NCBI GenBank assembly: GCA_002898375.1
Contig: BEIN01000012.1
Span: 3,922-67,921, forward strand
DNA length: 64,000 nt
Direction: 5' to 3'
Origin: a bacterium HR37
GTDB taxonomy: Bacteria > Desulfobacterota_D > UBA1144 > Nemesobacterales > CSP1-2
Part shown: positions 10,627 through 18,624 of the stretch, in pieces
How the letters are laid out: each line of letters opens with the position of its first letter
How positions within the stretch are numbered: position 1 is the stretch's first letter
The notes under the pieces: generated by a model
What the model saw: only the letters and a program-made list of their open reading frames with translations
What the model was told of the DNA's origin: nothing
Databases searched by the model: none
Made by a program: the position numbers and the translations under genes

Positions 10627-10664
10627 TGCCAATAAATGGGTCATATGTGATTAATTATTGGGCA
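10627..10664 (+). promoter_or_regulatory. Tandem putative NtrC-type enhancer sites upstream of porin gene
   Basis: TGCCAATAAATGGGTCA (10627-10643) and TGATTAATTATTGGGCA (10648-10664), 17-mers two helical turns apart. Confidence 0.55.
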
Positions 10665-10723
10665 TGCTTTTTAGCTATCTATAATATGTTACCAATTTTT
10701 TAAAGTTTTCTAATCCCATATAG

Positions 10724-10740
10724 CTGGCATATTTCTTGCA
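10724..10740 (+). promoter_or_regulatory. Sigma-54 (-24/-12) promoter of porin gene
   Basis: CTGGCATATTTCTTGCA has GG and GC at the canonical 12-nt spacing. Confidence 0.85.
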
Positions 10741-10782
10741 ATTATTCAGCATCTCAAAAAACAAACAAAAAGGAGGAGAAGG

Positions 10783-11946
10783 ATGATAAAGAAGATTATA
10801 GGCATTCTGGCTCTTGGGGTTATAGTTGTAACAGGCGGGGCGAATTTAGTATCTGCTGAAGAGGAAAATAAGGAAAGCAGGTTGTTGGATTTTCTTAAAA
10901 GCATAGAGGTGGGATTTTATCTGGATACATCCTACGAATATAACTTTAATAAACCTGAGTCTGGTAATAATTCTTTAAGGATATTTGACCAGGATCACAA
11001 CGATTTTAATATCCATATGTTTCAGCTTTCATTTAAAAGAACACCAAGTATGGAAGGTGGTATATCAAATCTGGTGGGTTTTGGGGTTAAACTGGATTTT
11101 GGTGAGGACGCTGATGTTATAGCATCAACTGGTTTGGGAGATGAAGATGATGAATTTGATCTTCAGGAGGCCTATATCCATATTCTTGCTCCTATTGGTA
11201 ACGGAATTAGTATATATGCCGGTAAATTCGTTACCCTTGCTGGAGCAGAGGTTATAGAGAGCAAGGATAATTTTAACTTCTCTCGCTCATTCCTTTTCGG
11301 GTTTGCAATTCCCTTTACACATACGGGAATAAGGGTTAATTATCCTGCGGGTGTGTTTGATTTTACCCTGGGGTTGAGTAACGGATGGGATAATGTTGAC
11401 GATAACAATGACGGAAAAACTATTGAGGCGAGAGTAGGCCTAAACTATGATATCTTCTCACTAGGTGTTGCTGGTTATTTCGGGCCTGAGCAGGATGGTA
11501 ATGATGATAACTGGCGTGAGCTTATAGATGTAGTTGCCACCTTTACTCCTTTTGAGAGGCTAACTCTTATGGCAAATCTTGATTTTGGGTGGGAGCAGGA
11601 CGTAAGTGATGTTGAGTTGGGATTGGATAATAGTGATGTATTCTGGTGGGGAATTGCTGGGTATGTAGCTTATGAGTTTAACCAGATGCTTAGTCTGGCT
11701 GTAAGGGCAGAGTACTTTGATGATAGTGACGGTTTTAGAACCGGAACGGAACAAAAGCTCTTTGAGATTACCCCCACTCTTTCCATAAAGCCTTTTGCTG
11801 GGCATGGTTCTTTAGATAATTTGATCCTTAGGGTTGAGTACAGATTCGATAGCTCCGATGAGGATGTCTTTGAAGACGACGATGGTAATTTTAAGGATAC
11901 CCAGCACACGGTAGCTACGGAACTAATTTACTACTTCTCGCTTTAG
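10783..11946 (+). CDS. Outer-membrane beta-barrel porin (BBP2/OmpL-like)
   Basis: Signal peptide; alternating aromatic beta-strands; GKFVTLAGAEVIE, NFSRSFLF and PFTHTG motifs; AGGAGG SD. Confidence 0.8.
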   Translation: MIKKIIGILALGVIVVTGGANLVSAEEENKESRLLDFLKSIEVGFYLDTSYEYNFNKPESGNNSLRIFDQDHNDFNIHMFQLSFKRTPSMEGGISNLVGFGVKLDFGEDADVIASTGLGDEDDEFDLQEAYIHILAPIGNGISIYAGKFVTLAGAEVIESKDNFNFSRSFLFGFAIPFTHTGIRVNYPAGVFDFTLGLSNGWDNVDDNNDGKTIEARVGLNYDIFSLGVAGYFGPEQDGNDDNWRELIDVVATFTPFERLTLMANLDFGWEQDVSDVELGLDNSDVFWWGIAGYVAYEFNQMLSLAVRAEYFDDSDGFRTGTEQKLFEITPTLSIKPFAGHGSLDNLILRVEYRFDSSDEDVFEDDDGNFKDTQHTVATELIYYFSL

Positions 11947-12003
11947 GTGTTTAAATTGCAAAAAGGCCATCCCCTAGCTGTCCCTCCGTACCTCCTTTGG
12001 TGG

Positions 12004-12041
12004 CAAAGGGTAGGATAAACTCCTACCCTTTGTTCTATTTT
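12004..12041 (+). terminator. Rho-independent terminator after porin gene
   Basis: CAAAGGGTAGGA-taaac-TCCTACCCTTTG stem then TTCTATTTT. Confidence 0.8.
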
Positions 12042-12137
12042 TAAACTGGTTTTTTAACGTCAAACGCTCTATTGAAGGAAGGCGATAACAAATGATATAA
12101 TAGTTTTGCAGGGGATTAAAAGAAAGGGGGGAGGTAG

Positions 12138-12296
12138 ATGTTTTATAAAGACGATATTGATGCAAGGCTTTTGGACTTCTATCTTGCCAGTTTATTTGAC
12201 GATTTGCTTGAGGAAACAGTTACAATGAGTCCAGAGGATATGCAGAAGGAAAAGCAGCTTGTAGATGTAACTGGTACTGAAGAGATAGAATTATAG
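12138..12296 (+). CDS. Small acidic hypothetical protein (52 aa), absent from ORF track
   Basis: MFYKDDIDARLLDFYLASLFDDLLEETVTMSPEDMQKEKQLVDVTGTEEIEL; GGGGGAGGT SD; TTGAAG-18-TATAAT promoter with extended TG at 12072-12101. Confidence 0.65.
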   Translation: MFYKDDIDARLLDFYLASLFDDLLEETVTMSPEDMQKEKQLVDVTGTEEIEL

Positions 12297-12376
12297 CTTT
12301 TTTAAGCAAATATTTTCTCTTGCAAGCCCAAAAACGGTTAGGTAGAATCAAGTTCTAGTATTCTAGAAGCTAAGGT

Positions 12377-12449
<73 letters not shown>

Positions 12450-12581
12450 TTTTAGCTGTTTGGTTTTGGTATTTTCCAAAAAAACTTGCTAATTTCCTTT
12501 CTTTTATTATAAAATTAAAAAGGCAGTGCTTTTTGCATCTTGTGGCCCTAAATTTGGTTTGAGGGTTCTTGGAGGACAAAA

Positions 12582-12995
12582 ATGAGATTTGGGGATTACC
12601 TAAAAAACAAAAGAAAACAGAAAAACATAACCCAGGAGGACCTTGCTCGTGCCCTTGGGGTTTCAAGTGTGTTTATACATCAGCTTGAAACAGGTAAAGT
12701 GGATGCACCATCTTTTGAGAGGTGTCAGCAGATAGCTGAGATACTGGATGTTCCTATAGATGAGCTCTGGAGCTTTGCAAGAAAAGAAAGACTAAAGAGG
12801 TTTATGGAGAGAGAGGGAATCTCAGAGGATGATCTCGAGATACTTACTGAAGCGGAAAGGATGCTAATCAAGCTATACAGGAGTCTTGATAATGAAATGA
12901 AAAAAGACTTCGGTGGAATGATATACATGCTTCTTAGGCATTCGCAAAATGAAGGAGTTCAAGAAATACTTGAAGAATTTATAAAATGCGCTTAA
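12582..12995 (+). CDS. XRE-family HTH transcriptional regulator
   Basis: TQEDLARALGVSSVFIHQLETG HTH; GGAGG SD. Confidence 0.88.
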   Translation: MRFGDYLKNKRKQKNITQEDLARALGVSSVFIHQLETGKVDAPSFERCQQIAEILDVPIDELWSFARKERLKRFMEREGISEDDLEILTEAERMLIKLYRSLDNEMKKDFGGMIYMLLRHSQNEGVQEILEEFIKCA

Positions 12996-13762
12996 AAAGC
13001 AGAATTTTAACCATACTGGTAGCTATAGGAGTAGAGTTTCTTATATTTGCCCTAATGGGACTGGTTTTTCTCTTTCAATTTGACAGGGCAAAAACTGAGT
13101 TCGTTAACAAAACAAAGGCAATTGCTGAGACAATAGGGGATCAGGCTAGCAGTTTTTACTCCTTAAAGGGAGAGAATACTACAAGCAATGAATTTTTTCA
13201 GTTTCTTGATGAGAGACTAGGGAGAAAAAAGCTGTTTAATACCTTTGATATAGCTCCTGAGTTCTTTAGCATAGTGCTAAAGAAGGATATAGAGAGGGGT
13301 AAAGTGGCGGGTTACTTTATGAAAGACTTTTACCCGGAGGATGGATATTCTGTTAAGAAACACAAAGGTATGATCTCCGTTATTGTTCCTTTTAATATAA
13401 GGGCAAGTGAGAAATCCGAGCCCTTTGGTATAGTTAAGATTGATTCTGATACAAAGTCCATTGCCAAAAAGGTAATAGCTGATAACTTCCTTCTCTATGC
13501 TGCAATGATTGTGGTTTTAAATAACCAAGCCTTTATCTTCTATCTGCTTTTAAGGAAGAGAAAAGAGGTGGTTTTTGAGAAAGGTTACCTTAAGGAACAC
13601 TCAATAGGTGCCCTTAAGATAATGCATAAGGTGCTTGGGGACATAATTCAGGATCATGAGGGTGGTATTGTTAATAAGAAGGATGAGCCTTTGAGGAAAA
13701 AGAGAGAAGAGAAAAAGGTTATCTCAATATCCGAGCTCATAGAGGAAAAAAGAAAGAAATGA
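12986..13762 (+). CDS. Two-TM membrane protein with extracytoplasmic Cache/PDC-like domain
   Basis: TM near residues 7-30 and 168-188; ISVIVPF...PFGIVKID strand pair before TM2; overlaps the XRE gene. Confidence 0.65.
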   Translation: MRLKSRILTILVAIGVEFLIFALMGLVFLFQFDRAKTEFVNKTKAIAETIGDQASSFYSLKGENTTSNEFFQFLDERLGRKKLFNTFDIAPEFFSIVLKKDIERGKVAGYFMKDFYPEDGYSVKKHKGMISVIVPFNIRASEKSEPFGIVKIDSDTKSIAKKVIADNFLLYAAMIVVLNNQAFIFYLLLRKRKEVVFEKGYLKEHSIGALKIMHKVLGDIIQDHEGGIVNKKDEPLRKKREEKKVISISELIEEKRKK

Positions 13763-14151
13763 TCAGGTTAGCCATTTCTGTTTTGGTTGCTATGTTTCTT
13801 CTTTTCCTGGGATGTGGAAGCCCTCATGAAAACGGATTTGTGGTTCTTGACGGGCCGGTTCTTGAAAGCATAAACAAGGATGGAAATCTTGAGTTTAACG
13901 GAGCGGTTATAAACTCCGGTGATACTCCTGTTACCTCAATCTATGTGGTATTGATTTTAAAGGATGATAAGGGAAGGGTTATAGAGGCAACCTCTGCCCC
14001 TGTTTTAGGAGAGGACCCTGGGGCCGTTCTTTACCCCTCTGAAAGGGCATTTTTTACCATAACTACAAAAGCTGATCCGGCAAAGGTGGTTTCAAAAGAG
14101 GTTGAGATATACTATGAGGAGGCTGGGCAACCGGGTTTGCCTTCCTCATAG
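13759..14151 (+). CDS. Putative lipoprotein (FxLYD-like beta-sandwich)
   Basis: Lipobox FLGC; GAVINSGD...LKDDKGRVI...LYPSERAFF pattern; ATGA overlap. Confidence 0.65.
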   Translation: MIRLAISVLVAMFLLFLGCGSPHENGFVVLDGPVLESINKDGNLEFNGAVINSGDTPVTSIYVVLILKDDKGRVIEATSAPVLGEDPGAVLYPSERAFFTITTKADPAKVVSKEVEIYYEEAGQPGLPSS

Positions 14152-15201
14152 TTAGTGGATTTCTATGATTATCTCCACACGACGACCTTTACCTTTTTCT
14201 GGGGTATCTGTAAAACCCTCTGTAGTTAGTCTTTCAGGTACAACTCCCTTGGAAACCAAGTAGCTCTTTATGGTGTCTGCTCTTATCTTGGCCAATTTTA
14301 AATTTGTGGATTCCGTGCTTGATTCGTTTGCATATCCCTTAATAGAGGCCTTTATATCCGGGTGCTTTTTAAATAGCTCTCCGATTGCATCTAAAGAAGG
14401 ATAGGCATCAAAGAGGATTTTTGTTCCAAGTGGGGGGAAAAGCTCAAAAAAAGTTAATTTTACTTTATCCTCAAGGGGTTCTGCTTTGACTCCGTATATC
14501 ACGGATCCTTTCTCGAGGATTTCATCTCTTATTTCGAGCTTTTTCTTTGCTTCGTTTAGGGCTTTATCTGCAATCTCCATTGCTTTCTGTGACAACTCTA
14601 GGGATCCTTCGTAGTTTCCTTGATTTAGCCTATCTTGAGCTTCTTTTTGAATCTGCTTTGCCTGATTAAGCAAGTTAGGGCTAAAGTACTGTGCGAGTGC
14701 ATTTTCTGCATCCTCTATCTTCTCTTCAGATTTGTTTAGGCTATCAAATGCAAGTGAACGCATTCTCTCTTTTGCCACAGCAATTCTGTCTTTAATCTGC
14801 TGAAGTGCCAAGGTGTTTTTCCTTAGCTCGTCTTCGTATTGCTTTTGTATTGAAACCACGTTTTCTATTTCTGCCTGTAGTTTCTTTACCTCGGTTTCAA
14901 GGATTTTTCTCCTCTTTACATGCATAGCGGTTTTTGCCTTTATTTCTGCTATAAGCCTTAGTTCCTCAGCCTTATCGGTATTTCCTCTCTTATACTCTCT
15001 CTCTGCCTGCTGGTAGAAAAGCCTTGCCTCTCTAAATATGTCTGGAGCGTAGCTTTCGATGTCTTCTCTCCTTAAATCGTCTATTAGTGCATATGTTATG
15101 GCCATTTCCTCTGTGGGAGGGGCTGGACTTGAAGATACACACGCTGTAAAAAAAACAAAAATTATGGCTGGAAGCAGTTTAAAGGTTTTTATGGATTTCA
15201 T
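14152..15201 (-). CDS. OmpA-family lipoprotein with DUF4398-like coiled coils
   Basis: Lipobox FTAC; C-terminal IKGYA...NLKLAKIRADTIKSYLV...RRVEI peptidoglycan-binding domain. Confidence 0.8.
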   Translation of the reverse strand: MKSIKTFKLLPAIIFVFFTACVSSSPAPPTEEMAITYALIDDLRREDIESYAPDIFREARLFYQQAEREYKRGNTDKAEELRLIAEIKAKTAMHVKRRKILETEVKKLQAEIENVVSIQKQYEDELRKNTLALQQIKDRIAVAKERMRSLAFDSLNKSEEKIEDAENALAQYFSPNLLNQAKQIQKEAQDRLNQGNYEGSLELSQKAMEIADKALNEAKKKLEIRDEILEKGSVIYGVKAEPLEDKVKLTFFELFPPLGTKILFDAYPSLDAIGELFKKHPDIKASIKGYANESSTESTNLKLAKIRADTIKSYLVSKGVVPERLTTEGFTDTPEKGKGRRVEIIIEIH

Positions 15202-15625
15202 TCTCTTTTTCTAGCCTTTTTATCTCCTCTTTAACTTTTTCATTTGTGTCTTTTAGTTGTTGTATCTGATTTCTTAGAGAATAAAGAAGATCATTCATCT
15301 GGGAAACCTTCTTTTCTAGGTTTAGTTCCTCAACAATTGCGTTTAAAAGCTCTATCTGGTAACTGGCCTTTCTTAATTGAAGGTCAGTCAATTCCTTTTC
15401 TGTATTCCCTTGCTCTAAAGATTGTTTTACCTGATTGATCCATACCTCAGCTTTTTTAAGTTCGTGGTATGGAATATCAGAAAACTGCTTTAGCTCTTCC
15501 AGTGTCTCCTGAAGTGTTTTTAACTCTTCCTCTAGTTCTTTTTCCCCTGACCTTTCCTGTCCGGAGGAGGAAAGAGCTACTGTAAGTATGACTAGAATTG
15601 AGGTTATAAAAACAAGCCTTCTCAT
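15179..15625 (-). CDS. Secreted coiled-coil protein (partner of OmpA protein)
   Basis: N-terminal signal or TM segment; E/K-rich heptads; overlaps the OmpA gene. Confidence 0.7.
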   Translation of the reverse strand: MRRLVFITSILVILTVALSSSGQERSGEKELEEELKTLQETLEELKQFSDIPYHELKKAEVWINQVKQSLEQGNTEKELTDLQLRKASYQIELLNAIVEELNLEKKVSQMNDLLYSLRNQIQQLKDTNEKVKEEIKRLEKENEIHKNL

Positions 15626-15761
15626 TTCTAAACTTAAAATCTACATTTGGTTAGAAATAAGTTCAAGAAGTGTATCGTATTGGACTATAAGTATTGACAA
15701 AAGTTACGTTAAGTAGTATTTTTGAGCTAAGACTAAGGTTTTATAAGAGAGGATAAAGGAT

Positions 15762-16805
15762 TTGTTTCTTGGAAGGAAGGAAGTTACAGGGCTCGATATA
15801 GGAACAAGTGCTGTTAAGCTTGTGGAATTAAAGCACACCAGGAAAGGATATGAACTTAAAAATCTAGGGGAGTCTTTGCTTCCAGAAGAGGCCATAGTCA
15901 ACAAGGTAATAAAAAAGCGCGATGCTGTGGTAGATGCTATAGCTGGCCTTGTTGATGAGCTTAAGTTAAGAAACAAAAACGTTGCCATCTCAATTGCAGG
16001 GCATGGGGTTATAATAAAGAAAGTAAGCCTTCCCAAGATGTCAGAAAAAGAGCTTAAAGAAGCAATACCATGGGAGCTTGAGCAGTATATACCTCAGGGG
16101 GTAGAGGAAGTAAGTTACGATTTTCAGATACTTCCCGGGGAAACTCCCGAAGGTAATATGGATGTGCTTATAGTTGCTGCCAAGAAGGATGTAACAAATG
16201 AGTATGTGGCTGTTGTAAGTGAAGCTGGGTTAAATCCTGTTGTTGTTGATGTTGATGTATTTGCCCTTGAGAATATGTTTGAGTTTAACTATCCAGAAGT
16301 TAATGGTACGGTAGCGCTAGTAAATATCGGAGCATCTATTACAAACGTTAATATAGTGGGGGAAGGGGTATCTGTGTTTACAAGAGATATAACGGTAGGA
16401 GGCAACCAGCTTACTGAATTAATACAAAAAGAGTTCGGTGTGGATTACGAAGAGGCTGAGAGAATGAAGCGTTCCATAGGTGGGGTTGCTCAGATCTCAC
16501 CTGACCTGGATAGGATATTACGTGATTTTACGGACTTGGTTTGTGGTGAGATAAAAAAGACATTGGATTTCTTTGTAAAAACACTCTGGAGAGATGGAAT
16601 AGAGAGGATAATGATAGGAGGGGGATGTTCTAAAATTCCGTATATAAGAGAGACTCTTGGGGGTCTGGTGGACTCTGAGGTTGAAGTCTTTAATCCGTTT
16701 AAGAACGTTTTCTGTGGTTTGGATTTTGATCCTGAGTACATAAAGGATATTGCCCCTAAAATGGGCGTTGCTGTAGGTCTTGCCTTGAGAAAACCAGGAG
16801 AGTAA
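15762..16805 (+). CDS. pilM: Type IV pilus assembly protein PilM
   Basis: GLDIGTSAVKLVEL actin-like motif; VNIGASIT; AVGLALR; TTG start after AAGGA. Confidence 0.95.
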   Translation: MFLGRKEVTGLDIGTSAVKLVELKHTRKGYELKNLGESLLPEEAIVNKVIKKRDAVVDAIAGLVDELKLRNKNVAISIAGHGVIIKKVSLPKMSEKELKEAIPWELEQYIPQGVEEVSYDFQILPGETPEGNMDVLIVAAKKDVTNEYVAVVSEAGLNPVVVDVDVFALENMFEFNYPEVNGTVALVNIGASITNVNIVGEGVSVFTRDITVGGNQLTELIQKEFGVDYEEAERMKRSIGGVAQISPDLDRILRDFTDLVCGEIKKTLDFFVKTLWRDGIERIMIGGGCSKIPYIRETLGGLVDSEVEVFNPFKNVFCGLDFDPEYIKDIAPKMGVAVGLALRKPGE

Positions 16806-16809
16806 GAGC

Positions 16810-17397
16810 ATGATAAAGATTAACCTGCTCCCTGTAGAAGAGAAGAAAAAGGTAGAGGGAAGAGGGGAATTCTTCTTGGGAGTCTTCGTAATAGTTTTTG
16901 TCCTTGCATTGGTTGTGGTTGTTCACATTATCCAGTCAAGGAAGATAGAGGAAGTAAAAAGACAGACGCTAAGGGTTGAAAAAGAGATCAAGAAGCTTGA
17001 AGAGGTAAAGAAGAAGGTTGATGAGTTTAAGGCAAAAAATAAAGAGCTTGAGGAAAAGATTAGGGTAATAGCGGTGCTTGAGGAAAACCGTACAGGTCCA
17101 CTATACGTTATGGATGCACTTGCAAATTCCATTCCGGATAGAGCGTGGATAGATAAGTTTACCGAGAAGAACAACAAGGCAACAATTGAAGGTGTAGCCT
17201 GGGATGAGTTTACCGTTGCAAGTTTTATGAAAGGGCTTCAATCCTCGCCTTACTTTAAGAATGTGGAGCTTAGAGCTATAAAGACAAAGGAGATACAGCA
17301 ACTTCCGCTTAAGGCCTTTGTAATAGAGACTGCACTGGATTACTCTGGAAAGGTTGCGGGTAAGGAGAATAAATCAAATGGTTTGGTAAGTCAGTAG
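16810..17397 (+). CDS. pilN: Type IV pilus assembly protein PilN
   Basis: MIKINLLP signature, TM segment, coiled coil. Confidence 0.95.
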   Translation: MIKINLLPVEEKKKVEGRGEFFLGVFVIVFVLALVVVVHIIQSRKIEEVKRQTLRVEKEIKKLEEVKKKVDEFKAKNKELEEKIRVIAVLEENRTGPLYVMDALANSIPDRAWIDKFTEKNNKATIEGVAWDEFTVASFMKGLQSSPYFKNVELRAIKTKEIQQLPLKAFVIETALDYSGKVAGKENKSNGLVSQ

Positions 17398-17414
17398 GAT
17401 AGAACGGAGGGGAA

Positions 17415-18050
17415 ATGGCAAGGCTTGATACCCTTATAGAATCCATACACAGAAAGCCTCTTCACACAAGGCTGGCTATTCTTGCAGGTGTAGTTGTTGT
17501 TATAGTACTGGTTTACTGGTATTTCTTCTGGTCTCCAAAATCTGAAGAGCTTAAAAGAGTAAGGGCAAACCTTCAGAAAAGGGAAAAAACGCTAAATGAG
17601 TACAGGGCTGTAGCTAGAGAGCTTCCCAAGTTTGAACAGGAGTTTAAGAGGCTAAATAAGGAATTTGAGCAAGCGGCCTTAAAACTTCCGGAAGAAAAGG
17701 AGATCCCGAGCTTAATAGAGGGCGTATATGCTGCTGTATCTGCAGCCGGACTTGAGGCTGTTGCCTTTACACCAAAAAGGGAGATACCCAAGGATATATA
17801 TGCTGAGATTCCAATAGAGATGAACGTTTTTGGTTCTTACTACGAGCTTGCTGATTTCTTCTACAGGGTTTCAAAGCTTCCAAGGATTGTAAATGTGAGG
17901 GAGCTTAATCTGGCAAGAGAGGATAAGAGGAGCAGTGGAAACAGCATAGTTCTTAAGGCTTCTTTTACAACCGTTACGTTTAGGTTGTTACCCGCTACTA
18001 ATGCTTCTGATGATAAACAGAAAAAAGGTAAAAAAAGGGGAGCCAGATAG
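17415..18050 (+). CDS. pilO: Type IV pilus assembly protein PilO
   Basis: LPEEKEIPSL, YAEIPI, GSYYEL, LPRIVNV. Confidence 0.95.
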   Translation: MARLDTLIESIHRKPLHTRLAILAGVVVVIVLVYWYFFWSPKSEELKRVRANLQKREKTLNEYRAVARELPKFEQEFKRLNKEFEQAALKLPEEKEIPSLIEGVYAAVSAAGLEAVAFTPKREIPKDIYAEIPIEMNVFGSYYELADFFYRVSKLPRIVNVRELNLAREDKRSSGNSIVLKASFTTVTFRLLPATNASDDKQKKGKKRGAR

Positions 18051-18578
18051 GTGAAAAGGAGGATTAAGGTTTCTACCAAATCCGGCAAAAGCAGATTTAT
18101 AATAATAACAGGTTTATTGGCTCTCTGTTTTATCTTCTATCCGCCGGGGACAAGGCTTAATTCTCAGGAGTTAGGAGCCAAAACCCAGGAAGGAGCTATA
18201 CCTTCGAGGTTAGAGAATCCTTTTCTTAACCCTCAAAATAGGCGTGATCCATTTAAGCCTTTTATAAAGATAATTAGAGAGCCTGAAGCTAAACCTGCCC
18301 TTAGTGAATTGGTTCCTCCAATAAAGAAGTACCCTCTCCAGGAATTTAGGTTAGTGGGTATAATTTGGGTGGGGAAAGAACCAAAGGCTATGGTTGTTGA
18401 TCCCGAACGTAACACTTATGTTCTTGGTATAGGTGATGAGATAGGAAACAGTCAGGGAAGGATCGTGGAGATAAGACAGAACGGCATAATGGTTGAGGAA
18501 AAAAGATACTTTGAGGATATCTTCGGGGAAAGAAAGGTTGAGGTTAAAAGGTCTGTTTTGGCTTTTAAGGAAGAGTAG
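18051..18578 (+). CDS. pilP: Type IV pilus assembly protein PilP
   Basis: RRDPFKP, YPLQEFRLVGI, AMVVDP, GDEIGNSQG. Confidence 0.9.
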   Translation: MKRRIKVSTKSGKSRFIIITGLLALCFIFYPPGTRLNSQELGAKTQEGAIPSRLENPFLNPQNRRDPFKPFIKIIREPEAKPALSELVPPIKKYPLQEFRLVGIIWVGKEPKAMVVDPERNTYVLGIGDEIGNSQGRIVEIRQNGIMVEEKRYFEDIFGERKVEVKRSVLAFKEE

Positions 18579-18624
18579 AGGCGGTGTTTGTGGGTAATGA
18601 AGTTTTATTAAAGGAGGATGGAGG

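Noticed and set aside
12521..12537. Sigma-54-like AGGCAGTGCTTTTTGCA before the XRE gene
   Set aside because: GG-to-GC spacing is 13 rather than the strict 12.
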